In this document: piece by piece, positions 32,143-41,749 of the stretch | Layout: each line of letters opens with the position of its first letter | How positions within the stretch are numbered: the stretch's first letter is position 1 | Assembly: GCA_039714075.1 (NCBI GenBank) | Contig: JBDLKA010000005.1 | Span: 24,788 to 88,787, forward strand | Source of the DNA: Candidatus Krumholzibacteriota bacterium | GTDB taxonomy: Bacteria > Krumholzibacteriota > Krumholzibacteriia > LZORAL124-64-63 | DNA length: 64,000 bases | Direction: 5' to 3' | Notes under the pieces: generated by a model | Told to the model about the DNA's origin: nothing | The model's database searches: none | The model's input: only the letters and a program-made list of their open reading frames with translations | Made by a program: the position numbers and the translations under genes

Positions 32143-33396
32143 TTGAGAAACAGGATTTTTTCATTCCTCGCCGGAGGACTGCTGCTGCTGTCCGCGGGTT
32201 TCGTGACCGACAGCCGGGCCGAAGATGACGACAAGAGCTTCAAACTGGGCGGCAGCCTCCGCGGACGCTACGAGTGGATGAAATTCCGCAACGACGCCAC
32301 CGGTTCGGGAGACATCAAGGACACGCGGGGCCGTTTCATCTACCGGTTCCGCCTGGACGGCAAGGCAAAACTCAATCCCAAGGCCGGCGCCTACTTCCGG
32401 CTGGTGACCGGCAACGACAGCCGCAGCGGCAACACGACTCTCGGCAGCAACGTCGATTTCGCCCCCGACGTCCTCAGCATCCGCCACGCGGCCCTGGTCT
32501 ACACTCCCTTGGCCAACGACAAGGGGAAATGGAATTTGGACTTCGGCCGGGTCAAGAACCCCTTCATGTGGAAGGGCGGCGGCAAGGACAAGATGATGTG
32601 GGACAGCGACATCGCCTTCTCCGGGGTGAGCTCGGTCTACGGCCGCAAGATGGGCGACAACCTCAAGTTCTTCGCCAACACCGGCTACTACGTGATCGAC
32701 GAAAACAAATCCGGTGACCACGACCCCTTCCTGGCACCCCTGCAGGCGGGTCTCCGGTTCACCGGTGACAACCTCAAGGCCGGCGTCCGGGGCACGTTCT
32801 ACTACATGGGTGAACTGGATGATGAATTCGTCAAGCGGGGGGCCTATGCCAAACCTCGTGAAGACATGACCGACCCTGCGAGTGAGCCCATCGACACGGC
32901 GACCTCCTCCGGCGGCAACATCGAGGACGGCCTGACCGGCGATCCAAACGGAGGCATCATCCGCGTCGTGGAAGCCCAGGCGTACGTCGGGCTCGAACTG
33001 GGTTCGTTCCCGGTGACCGCGTTCGGCGGCTACTCCAACAACACCAGCGCCACCGCCTCGGTGATGTTCGACGGCGTCGGCGCGAACGGGACGGCCTACA
33101 ACCTGGGTCTTGAGGCCGGCAGCAAGAAGAAGATCCTGGCCGGCGTGGCGGGGTATCATATCGAAGCCAACGCCTTCCCTTCCCAGTTCATCGACAGCGA
33201 CATCCTGGACGGTTACACCAACCGCGAGGGTGTGCTGGTCTACCTGGCCCGCAAGGTCATGAAGAACACCGAGTTCAATCTGCAGTTCTTCGTCTCGGAC
33301 GCCATCGAATCGTTCGAGGACCACGAAGACCTGGACCTGTCGGTCGCGAATTCGAAAAGGACGCGCCTGCAGGTCGACATGATCTACAAGTTCTAA
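32143..33396 (+). CDS. Putative outer-membrane porin
   Basis: AAGGAG RBS plus TTG start, signal peptide, alternating beta-strand pattern (LRGRYE, YRFRLDG), C-terminal aromatic OMP signature QVDMIYKF. Confidence 0.75.
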   Translation: MRNRIFSFLAGGLLLLSAGFVTDSRAEDDDKSFKLGGSLRGRYEWMKFRNDATGSGDIKDTRGRFIYRFRLDGKAKLNPKAGAYFRLVTGNDSRSGNTTLGSNVDFAPDVLSIRHAALVYTPLANDKGKWNLDFGRVKNPFMWKGGGKDKMMWDSDIAFSGVSSVYGRKMGDNLKFFANTGYYVIDENKSGDHDPFLAPLQAGLRFTGDNLKAGVRGTFYYMGELDDEFVKRGAYAKPREDMTDPASEPIDTATSSGGNIEDGLTGDPNGGIIRVVEAQAYVGLELGSFPVTAFGGYSNNTSATASVMFDGVGANGTAYNLGLEAGSKKKILAGVAGYHIEANAFPSQFIDSDILDGYTNREGVLVYLARKVMKNTEFNLQFFVSDAIESFEDHEDLDLSVANSKRTRLQVDMIYKF

Positions 33397-33413
33397 CCCC
33401 TCGATCGAATCCG

Positions 33414-33449
33414 AAAAAGCCGGCCGCGGTATGGTACCGCGGCCGGCTT
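33414..33449. terminator. Probable bidirectional terminator between the porin and cytochrome genes
   Basis: 15-bp perfect stem AAGCCGGCCGCGGTA/TACCGCGGCCGGCTT, 3-nt loop, A5 on the left flank. Confidence 0.8.
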
Positions 33450-33478
33450 ACTTTCATCCCCCTACCGGAATTATCGGA

Positions 33479-36133
33479 TCAGCGGATCAACGTCATCTTG
33501 TGCCGCAGGTCACCGCTGTTGGATTTCAGCACATAGTGATAGACGCCCGAAGCCACGCCGCGGCCCCCGTTGTCCTTCCCGTCCCAGCGCACCTGGTTGT
33601 CGCCTTCCGGAGCCATGCCGTCGACCAGGGTCCGCACCAGGCGGCCGCGCTCGTCGTAGATCCGCAGCGAGACCTTCTGCGCGGACGGCAGGCTGAAGTC
33701 GATCCAGGTCTGCGGGTTGAACGGATTGGGATAATTCTGCGCCAGGGTCGTGATGCGCGGCACCACCGGGTCCGGAGCCCCTGTCAGATCCAGGATGGCC
33801 GACTGCTGGGCCACGGCGATCGGGGTGCTTTTCCCGTTGTTGTTCCAGGCGTCGTAGACTTCCTGGCCCAGGGTGTTGGTATGGTTGTTGTCGCGCAGGA
33901 ACTCAACGTATTCCTTCGAGGTGGTCTGGTAGTAGTAGGCGACATCCACCCGCCGCGCCTCGTTCGGCAGCAGGTACACGGTGTCGTCCCAGTACTGACC
34001 GTCGGCATAGGAATAATCCACCGGAGGTGACTGCGCCGTCACGAAGGCGGCGTTGGTGAAGCCGCGCGGCGGAATACGGTTGTCCGAATAGACGGTGTCG
34101 CTCAGGGGAAAGTAGAACGACGGACCGGCGGGCATGCCGATGATGGCCGACAGCCTGGTCGAGATGCCCGGCTTGATCTCGTAGATCTTGGCGTCGGCGT
34201 CATGGCTGAGCACTCCCGTCGCGTCGTCGTAGTTGCCGCTTTCATACACCAGGGCGTCCCCGGCGTCATAGGCCTTGACGTTCAGCCACATGCGCCGCCC
34301 CTCGGGATAACCGGACGGCAGTTTGTGACCGGTCTCGTTGGTCAATCGGACAGTGACTGCGGGCTGGCCTTCCACCGGCGTGACGGTCAGGTCCATGGTC
34401 GCGGACAGGGTGAGCATGGCGATGGCCCGCTGCTTGGCCGCCTGAAGGATGGTGGTGTCCAGCTCCGGGTAGAATATTGGCAGGATATCCGGCAGGAAGG
34501 TGTTGCCGCCGGTCAGATCGTGCAGGCCGAGATCGTTGCGCGTCGGGGAGCCCGGCTCGCTGCAGCCCACGCCCGTGACATCCCGCATGTGGCAGTCCTG
34601 GCAGCTGGACACGATGCCGTCGGGCTTGTCGCCGGCGAACTGGGGCGCATAGACGCCCGTAGTCGCATACTCGCTGGCCTCCCACTCGCTGAAGGTCCGC
34701 TCGACGGGGACCATGTTGCGACGGTCGCCGTCGGGATGCGGCGTGTCGAGCGCCTGCACCTCGTACTTGCCGGGCGCGTCGCCAGCCACGAATGCCGGGT
34801 TGCTCACGTCGTGACACGTTCCGCACATCCTGGAAGAGGTCAGGAATTCGGTGTCCAGGAACTGGTGGCTGGCCTGGGCGTCTGCGTACGGCCCGCGCAT
34901 GATCGGGTCGGGATCGGTGACGAATTGGCCGTTGGCGGGCTCCAGGGCAGGGTTGTCCAGTTCGGCGATGATTTCGGCATCCCGCTCGGGACTCACGCCC
35001 TCCACGTAGACCGGATCGACCATGCGGTGGCAAAAATCGCACTGGATTCCGTGCAGGTCCTTCTCGGTCAACATTCCACCTGAAGTATCGAAAGAACGAC
35101 CTTCCTGCCAGCCCCCGGGCGTGTGGCAGCGCAGGCAAAGATCGCCCACCGCGGGCACGACCTCTTCCGCCACGGCCACGGTGGCCATGAACAAGGGGTC
35201 ACGCTGGGCCTGGCCCATCATGCTGCCCTGCCAGTTGTGCCAATGCTCCACAGCCGGATCGTATTCACCGTGGCAGGTGATGCATGACGTCGACGGATCG
35301 GCCAGGGGGCTGCCCTCGAAGGGATTGGTGCCGCCCAGGTCGAAGTCCCGCAGGGTCGTGGGCACGATTCCGGTGGTCACCGGCTCGATGGTGAAGGAGG
35401 CCGGACTGTCGTCATGGGCTTCGTTGCCCGCGTTGTCGTAGGCCTCGACGCGCAGGACGCTGTTGGCGCTCGGTAAGTTGGGGAAGAACATGTCGAAGGT
35501 CCCGGTGTTGGGCAGGCCCCGGGCCATCATCTTGAAGTTCGACCCGCCGTCATCACTCAGGTAGAGCTCGATCTGGGCGATGCCGCCCGCGTCGGAGGCG
35601 GTCCAGGAGACAGTCTGATAGGTAGCCGCGGGAATCAGTTCCCCACCCACGGGCCAGGAGATGGAAACGGTCGGCGGCGTGCTGTCGGTGGGTCCGGACG
35701 GCGTCAGGTAATCCGTCAAATCCGCCGGTGTGACGTTTAGGACGCCGCCCACATTATCGGCCTTCAGGCCGGGAAAGGTCGGTGTGTTGGACCAGTTGAT
35801 GACGTCGGTGATCTCCACCAGGTTGCTGAACCCGTCATTGTCGGTGTCCTCGTTTTCAATGTCGATGATGGCGTCGGCGGTACTCATGCCGGCGGCCAGA
35901 CGTACCTCGAGGGCCAGACCGTAGGGATTGCGGGCATCGCTGCCGTCGAAGTCGAAATGGCAGACGCCGCAGTGACCCGCGTTGCTGGGGACATCGTCCA
36001 GCACGGTGCCCTCGGCCCCTGGATAGCGGTCGAAGAATGCCCGGCGGAAGGGATTGCGGGCGGAACTCAGGGTGGGAAGGAGCAAGGCGATAAGGACCAG
36101 AAGCAAAACGAGCCGAAACTGGCGAGACAACAT
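33479..36133 (-). CDS. Secreted hexaheme c-type cytochrome with Ig-like domain and C-terminal FlgD-Ig/T9SS-type sorting domain
   Basis: Signal peptide; CGVCH, CITCH, CLRCH, CDFCH, CGTCH, CQDCH; DTDNDG Ca loop; terminal QNYPNPFNP...IYDERGRLVRTL...WDGKD...ASGVY...KMTLIR. Confidence 0.88.
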   Translation of the reverse strand: MLSRQFRLVLLLVLIALLLPTLSSARNPFRRAFFDRYPGAEGTVLDDVPSNAGHCGVCHFDFDGSDARNPYGLALEVRLAAGMSTADAIIDIENEDTDNDGFSNLVEITDVINWSNTPTFPGLKADNVGGVLNVTPADLTDYLTPSGPTDSTPPTVSISWPVGGELIPAATYQTVSWTASDAGGIAQIELYLSDDGGSNFKMMARGLPNTGTFDMFFPNLPSANSVLRVEAYDNAGNEAHDDSPASFTIEPVTTGIVPTTLRDFDLGGTNPFEGSPLADPSTSCITCHGEYDPAVEHWHNWQGSMMGQAQRDPLFMATVAVAEEVVPAVGDLCLRCHTPGGWQEGRSFDTSGGMLTEKDLHGIQCDFCHRMVDPVYVEGVSPERDAEIIAELDNPALEPANGQFVTDPDPIMRGPYADAQASHQFLDTEFLTSSRMCGTCHDVSNPAFVAGDAPGKYEVQALDTPHPDGDRRNMVPVERTFSEWEASEYATTGVYAPQFAGDKPDGIVSSCQDCHMRDVTGVGCSEPGSPTRNDLGLHDLTGGNTFLPDILPIFYPELDTTILQAAKQRAIAMLTLSATMDLTVTPVEGQPAVTVRLTNETGHKLPSGYPEGRRMWLNVKAYDAGDALVYESGNYDDATGVLSHDADAKIYEIKPGISTRLSAIIGMPAGPSFYFPLSDTVYSDNRIPPRGFTNAAFVTAQSPPVDYSYADGQYWDDTVYLLPNEARRVDVAYYYQTTSKEYVEFLRDNNHTNTLGQEVYDAWNNNGKSTPIAVAQQSAILDLTGAPDPVVPRITTLAQNYPNPFNPQTWIDFSLPSAQKVSLRIYDERGRLVRTLVDGMAPEGDNQVRWDGKDNGGRGVASGVYHYVLKSNSGDLRHKMTLIR

Positions 36134-36289
36134 GGCGGATCTCCCCTGATCATGGTGGTGGATTCTTCGGACCAAGAATCGGAATGAACCGCAAACTCAG
36201 TATCGAAATTTTGAAAACATTATGACGGAATCAGTACTGATTAGCAACCCTAAAAAGCATGTATTTTTGATGAAAACTGATTTTAAGAA

Positions 36290-38299
36290 TCATCTAAACT
36301 TATCCAGGACATCCACATCAACCCACCAGATATCCGTACTCCCATTGGTGTTATCTTTGTGTAGCTTTAGAAAATTTTCACGTTTAATTTTATCTTTTGT
36401 GTTGTTTTCTGTCTTATTGGTGCTGAAAAATAAATACTTCCCATCAGGTGAGAGAGAACCCGATGCGGCGCGCAAACCGGGCCCGTTGAACGGGTCGCCC
36501 GGATTGACCGCGGGGCCCCAACTCCCCTTCTCTTCCCGGAAACTGATCCAGTAATCGCTGTTCCCCAGATTCTCGGGGTGCCCGTTCACACAGAAAAGGA
36601 GCCAACTTTCGTCGGGGGCCACGGTCCCGTTGTAATTGGCCTGGCCCACGTTGACGGTGGCCGGCAGCCGCCGGGGCTCCCCAAAACCATTTCCCAACGG
36701 CTCGGCCGCCCAGAGGGCCGCCTGTCCCTGGTCGTCCTCACGCGTGAAATAAAGTGTCCCGTCGGCGGCAAGGCTGGGAAAATATTCCGCGGCGGAGGTG
36801 GTGATCGGCGCCGCGAGGGCCTCGGGTTCCTCCCAGACCCCATTGACCAGGCGGCTGCTGAAGATGTTCTGGTTGGCCCACCCCTGCCCCTGCTCCTGAC
36901 CCGGAGCGGCGCGGTTGGACAGGAAAAGCACCCGCTGCCCGTCAGCCGCAAGGGTCGGCTCGAAACAGAAGAACTCCCCGTCGCGGTGGAAGGGCACCGG
37001 AGCCGGTTCTGTCCAGCGCCCCCCAGTCAGCCGGGTTTCCATGATCGTGACCAGGCCCTGCCCCATGAAACCGTACCAGATGGTTCCACCGTCGCCGCTG
37101 ACGAGCAGGTCCCGCTCGTTCATGCCGGTGCTGACGATGCCGGGCGCAAAAACGACGGGTTCGAGACCAGGCGGCTCCTGGCCCAGATATGGGCCCGCCA
37201 ACTCCGGAAAGGGGACCGGCTCCGGACGCGGGCCGGAAACCGCGGCTGGTGCGGGAACATCGACGGCGGCCGGCAGATCATCCAGAAAATCCGCCCGGAC
37301 AAGGTTGATGTTGGGATTGCCCCCACCGGCGATCAGGTGGGCAGTCTGGAGATCGCCCCACGCCGCGGGCCAGGCAGGCTCGGGAATGTGCCGGCGCGCG
37401 GACATGAACATGAAGGTCCCGCCGTCGGGAGTCAGGTAGGGAGACCAACTCTGCGGCGATCCGTCGTTGATGACCGGCCCCAGGTTGACGGGTTCGTTCC
37501 AGGTGTCGTCTTCGTTGCGGCGAACCAGGAAATAGTCCACCTGGCCGTGACTGCCGGGCATGCCCGCCGCCGGTACGATCAGAAGGGTCTCGTCGGGGGA
37601 GATCGTGGCGTTGAAACGGTTCACCCCGCAGTTGACCTGGTCGGGGAGTAGCTCGGGCACCTGAAAACCGTCTCCGTCCGGACGGGCGCGAAAGATCCGG
37701 TGGATCCTTCCCGTCGAATCGGCCCGGGTGAAATAGAGGGTCCCGTCCCGGGTGACGGCGGGAAAAAACTCCGCCTGGTCCGTATTGACCGGACCGTCCA
37801 GGTTCCGGGGCTCGCTCCAGCGGTCCCCCTGGCGGTCCATGACCCAGATATCGGCCTCCCCCTTTTCCTCGCCGGCTTCCGGCCGGGTGGACATGAAGAA
37901 GAACCGCTGCCCGTCCGGCGAGATGAACGGTTCCAGGTCCAGCCAATCCGGCGACCCGGAGAAAGGGGCGGTTTCCGGCTCGGTCCAGGCCCCGTCCGCG
38001 AATTGGGTGACCAGGATGACGGCGTAGCGATAACCCGGGGCGGCCATGCAGAAGTACAACTGCCGACCGTCCGGGGTCATGGTCACGTCGCGGGTGTTGA
38101 CGCCGGTATTGACCATCCCCGGCGCGAGCAGCGCGGGAACGGCTGTGGGGACGGTTCCCCCGGGGAGCCCCGGCGATGATTCAGAAACGGTGTGGCCGGA
38201 GGCTTCCGGCGAATCCGCTGCCGGTGAAAGAGCGACCCAACCGAACACCGCCGCGATCAGGAGGGGAATGACCCGAAACATCCGGTGCCGGAAAGCCAT
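36290..38299 (-). CDS. Secreted protein with two tandem PD40/TolB-like beta-propeller modules
   Basis: Signal peptide; repeated P..SPDG..L.F.S motifs; two homologous halves (APGMVNTGVNTRD / APGIVSTGMNERD). Confidence 0.8.
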   Translation of the reverse strand: MAFRHRMFRVIPLLIAAVFGWVALSPAADSPEASGHTVSESSPGLPGGTVPTAVPALLAPGMVNTGVNTRDVTMTPDGRQLYFCMAAPGYRYAVILVTQFADGAWTEPETAPFSGSPDWLDLEPFISPDGQRFFFMSTRPEAGEEKGEADIWVMDRQGDRWSEPRNLDGPVNTDQAEFFPAVTRDGTLYFTRADSTGRIHRIFRARPDGDGFQVPELLPDQVNCGVNRFNATISPDETLLIVPAAGMPGSHGQVDYFLVRRNEDDTWNEPVNLGPVINDGSPQSWSPYLTPDGGTFMFMSARRHIPEPAWPAAWGDLQTAHLIAGGGNPNINLVRADFLDDLPAAVDVPAPAAVSGPRPEPVPFPELAGPYLGQEPPGLEPVVFAPGIVSTGMNERDLLVSGDGGTIWYGFMGQGLVTIMETRLTGGRWTEPAPVPFHRDGEFFCFEPTLAADGQRVLFLSNRAAPGQEQGQGWANQNIFSSRLVNGVWEEPEALAAPITTSAAEYFPSLAADGTLYFTREDDQGQAALWAAEPLGNGFGEPRRLPATVNVGQANYNGTVAPDESWLLFCVNGHPENLGNSDYWISFREEKGSWGPAVNPGDPFNGPGLRAASGSLSPDGKYLFFSTNKTENNTKDKIKRENFLKLHKDNTNGSTDIWWVDVDVLDKFR

Positions 38300-38321
38300 C
38301 GTTCAACTCCTTGCGGGGTGG

Positions 38322-40412
38322 TCAGTCACCGGTTTCCGAAAGCACCCCGGCCAGGGCCTGGCGCATCACCTTCAGGCTGTAGGGTTTGGCGACAAAGCCC
38401 GCGATGTCGAAACCGCTGGTCTTTTCGGCGACCTCGTCTGAATCATAACCGCTTGACAGAAGCACCGGGATATCGGACCGGATGGCCCGCATCCGGCGAT
38501 AGGCGGACATGCCGTCCATGCCGGCCATGGTGAAGTCAAGCAGGACCGCGTGGATGTCCCGGTGGCGCTCACTGAAAATGCGCACCGCTTCGAACCCGTC
38601 CGGGGCCGAAAGGATTTTGCAACCCAAGCGGCGCAGGAAGCTCTCCCCCACCGCCCGGACGGACGGGTCATCGTCCACGACCAGGATGAGCTTGCCCTTC
38701 AGGTCGACACCCGCCACCTCGGGGCTGCGACGGCGGCGTCTGCGGGGCGCGGTCGTTTCCGTCTCGTGGACGGGCAGCAGAAAGGAAATGGTGGTCCCGC
38801 CCACGGGTCCTGTTTCCATGGTGAACCCGCCCTGGTGACCCTTGATGATTCCCAGGGCGGCGGACATCCCCAGACCCCGGCCCTGGAACTTGGTGGTGAA
38901 GAACGGGTCGAACATCCGGCCCGCGGTTTCATCATCCATCCCGCACCCGGAGTCCCGGATCTCGCACCACACATACCGGCCCGGCTGCAACCCTTCCCCG
39001 GCCACGACCTCTTTCACGTCGACGGCCGTCAGTTCCCTGACGCCGGTCCGCACCATGATCTCGCCACCGTCGTCGCCCATGGCCTCGGCCGCGTTGCCCA
39101 CCAGGTTCATCAGGACCTGCCTGATCTGCGGTTCATCGATCAGGACCGGCGGCAGATCTTCCGCGAGCTCGAAATGCAGATGCGACCTTTTGGAAACCGA
39201 GACCTGCAGCAGTCTCCGGATATCGAGGATGAGCCGGCTGATATTCACCGGGCGGCCGGAAATCCGCCCCTTCCCGGCGTAGGCCTGCATCTGCCGGCAC
39301 AGGTCCGCGGCGCGGCCCGCGGCCTCCAGGACCGCGTCCAGGTTGTTGCGGTTGGTCGAACCCTCCGGCAGATCGCTCTGCACTATTTCCGCGTTGCCCA
39401 TGATGGTCACCAGCAGGTTGTTGAAATCGTGGGCGATGCCGCCGGCCAGCACCCCCAGGCTTTCCAGTTTCTGTGCGTCCCGCAGGCGGGCTTCGAGTTC
39501 CCGCTGCTCCAGGTCGACCCGTTTGCGTTCGGACACGTCCCGCGCAACCAGCAGGACCTGAGGTTCCTCGCCCGCCCTCGAGCCTGGAATCAGGGTCGAG
39601 CTGACCTCCATCGGAACCAGTCGGTCGCCACCGTCCTGGAAAACCGTCTCGTAGAGGAAGACCCCCCCGTTGACCGAGGCGCGCTGCTTCTTGCGCTCGA
39701 GGATTTCCTCCTTGAGTTCGAGCGGGGTCAAATCCACCACGTTGCTGCCGATGAATTCATCTTCAGTGTATCCGGTCAATTCCAGCCCCGCCCGGTTCAC
39801 GAAAGTCACGATGCCCGCCAGGTCATGGCAGATGATGACGTCATGAGCGGTCTCGACCAGCAGCCGGTAGCGTTCCTCCGAGCCGGCAAGATCCTGCTGG
39901 GCCTGTTTCAACGCGGTGATGTCGATGGTCGCCAGGACGAGAAGGTCATCGGGTTGGTCCGGGCTCGGCAACCAGAACTGGTTCATGGTGAAGTAGTGGC
40001 GGTCGTCCAGCGCGCGGTACTGGCATTCACCTTCGTAATACGAGTCGCCGCGTTCGATGGCCTTCAAGACCTCCTTGACGCCCGGCAGCGACTCGGGCAG
40101 CAGCCTGTCAAGGATACTGAGCATTTCCCCGCGACTCGAGGCGGCGTTCAGGGTGATGGCCGCCACATTCACATCCACCACCCGGACCATGGCCAGGGCC
40201 TGGGTGATGAATTCGGGATGGACATCGAGCCAGGCGCCGAAATCCTCAACGCCGCCGGCCTTCACTTCGTCGATGGCGTGCCGCATCAGGGAAATGTCTT
40301 CCACGAACATGGGCACCATGGCCGTCCGGAAGACATTTTCCCAGTCGGACCGGTCCAGGTCCACCGGCGGGAATGATCGTGGCGACCGGTCAGGATTTGG
40401 TAAGGGACTCAT
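38322..40412 (-). CDS. PAS-domain hybrid sensor histidine kinase/response regulator (CckA-like)
   Basis: PAS domains, LAGGIAHDFNNLL H-box, QVLMNLVGNA N-box, DPFFTTKFQGRGLG, receiver VLLDFTM; cytoplasmic, no TM. Confidence 0.9.
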   Translation of the reverse strand: MSPLPNPDRSPRSFPPVDLDRSDWENVFRTAMVPMFVEDISLMRHAIDEVKAGGVEDFGAWLDVHPEFITQALAMVRVVDVNVAAITLNAASSRGEMLSILDRLLPESLPGVKEVLKAIERGDSYYEGECQYRALDDRHYFTMNQFWLPSPDQPDDLLVLATIDITALKQAQQDLAGSEERYRLLVETAHDVIICHDLAGIVTFVNRAGLELTGYTEDEFIGSNVVDLTPLELKEEILERKKQRASVNGGVFLYETVFQDGGDRLVPMEVSSTLIPGSRAGEEPQVLLVARDVSERKRVDLEQRELEARLRDAQKLESLGVLAGGIAHDFNNLLVTIMGNAEIVQSDLPEGSTNRNNLDAVLEAAGRAADLCRQMQAYAGKGRISGRPVNISRLILDIRRLLQVSVSKRSHLHFELAEDLPPVLIDEPQIRQVLMNLVGNAAEAMGDDGGEIMVRTGVRELTAVDVKEVVAGEGLQPGRYVWCEIRDSGCGMDDETAGRMFDPFFTTKFQGRGLGMSAALGIIKGHQGGFTMETGPVGGTTISFLLPVHETETTAPRRRRRRSPEVAGVDLKGKLILVVDDDPSVRAVGESFLRRLGCKILSAPDGFEAVRIFSERHRDIHAVLLDFTMAGMDGMSAYRRMRAIRSDIPVLLSSGYDSDEVAEKTSGFDIAGFVAKPYSLKVMRQALAGVLSETGD

Positions 40413-41295
40413 TGATTCGTCGCGCCTCCATGGCACCTTTCCAGCGGCGATGGACCCAGAACCATTGTTCCGGACGTTTGCGGATGAACCGTTCCACCGC
40501 CTCCGAAATCCGACCCGTAAAATCCCTGATGTCCTCTTCCCTGTCCGTCAGCCCCTCCGGTTCGAGAGGGTCTGCGATATGCAGGGTATGGTTGCCGTCG
40601 TCATTCCTGAGTATGGCAAGCGGGACAACAGGGCACCCCGTACGTATCGAAATCTTCGCTGCTCCCGGCCAGGTCGAGGCCCGGCTGCCCAGAAAGTCAG
40701 TCGCAAAACCCGTCTTGCCGGCATCCTGGTCCATCAACAGGGTGACCAGTCCCCCGGAACGCAGATGCGCGAGAACCGCCCGGCCGGATCGTTCCACCGG
40801 CACCGTCCTGATCCCGAACCTGAGGCGCTGCTCCTGAAGAAACCGGTCGAAGGGAGCATTCCTCTGGGTCTTGACGACGTCCAACAGTGGAAACCGTTGC
40901 GCGAGAACCCTGCCGCCCAGTTCAAAATTCCCGATGTGCCCGGTGGCGGCGATGACGCCCCGGCCCCGGGCCATGACTCGATCCAGCCCGGCCCAACCGG
41001 GTTCGACGGTCACGGTGTTCATCAGCACATCCGGATCGGCGCACAGGACTTCCGCCGCCGTGGCGCCGAGATGATCGTACACCCGCCCAACCAGCTCTGC
41101 AAGTTCCACGGCGGACAATTCAGGAAAAGCGGTTTGCAATTGTTGTTCAGCCACCTTGCGCCTGACACCGAGAACCGTTCCTGCCACCCGGCCCGCCTGG
41201 CGCAGCAATCCGCGGGACCAAGGGTACGGCAGGGGTTTCAGCCCGGCAAGTCCCAGACGGAAAAGGGAATATTCGATCTGGCTTTTTAAATCCAT
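40390..41295 (-). CDS. Lipid A lauroyl/late acyltransferase (LpxL/HtrB family)
   Basis: TGHIGNFE (H-x4-E), LLMDQ, FLG..A.T.PGAA, PEQWFWVHRRWK. Confidence 0.88.
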   Translation of the reverse strand: MDLKSQIEYSLFRLGLAGLKPLPYPWSRGLLRQAGRVAGTVLGVRRKVAEQQLQTAFPELSAVELAELVGRVYDHLGATAAEVLCADPDVLMNTVTVEPGWAGLDRVMARGRGVIAATGHIGNFELGGRVLAQRFPLLDVVKTQRNAPFDRFLQEQRLRFGIRTVPVERSGRAVLAHLRSGGLVTLLMDQDAGKTGFATDFLGSRASTWPGAAKISIRTGCPVVPLAILRNDDGNHTLHIADPLEPEGLTDREEDIRDFTGRISEAVERFIRKRPEQWFWVHRRWKGAMEARRINESLTKS

Positions 41296-41749
41296 GCAGT
41301 GAGAATAGGGGACATGGCGGTTCAATTCCAGTTCAGCCCAAACCTGAACCCTCCCGGAGGGTTTGAATGAATTAAAATATCCAAAATTCTGTTATTTTTT
41401 TGATAGCCTGAGCATCCCGGCTTTTTACGATTGGAAAGAACCTGTTTCGGCTACCTGGCCACGTTTTTGGAAGATGTTTTTTGGTGAAACAAGACAAAGT
41501 TGTCCTTAAATCTTTTTTTTAACAGGCAATACCATGGGGTTCAGCAGAACGACTTAAAACACAGTATTTTACCATGATTTTACCGGCGGCGTCCGGTAAC
41601 GAAGGTTGGATCTGATTATTCTGCAAATTCACCAGATTGGCTGTTGTCGCAGCCCCATCAAATCCTTTGATCGGACCGGCCCGATGATTCACCCTACCTC
41701 CATAGTCCCATTCCAGTTTCGGTCCATTTCCAGGACAAGGAGCCCGACG

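Noticed and set aside
32143-36133. Porin plus hexaheme as a porin-cytochrome operon
   Set aside because: The genes are convergent and separated by a strong terminator; nothing shows co-transcription
36290-36460. Diversity-generating retroelement variable region as the cause of the odd PD40 tail
   Set aside because: No template repeat or reverse transcriptase in the window, and the tail is A-enriched, the opposite of what A-to-N mutagenesis gives
41657-41671. ATCAA-N5-TTGAT as an FNR site upstream of the HAO operon
   Set aside because: The half-sites are in the reverse order and spacing of the FNR consensus TTGAT-N4-ATCAA
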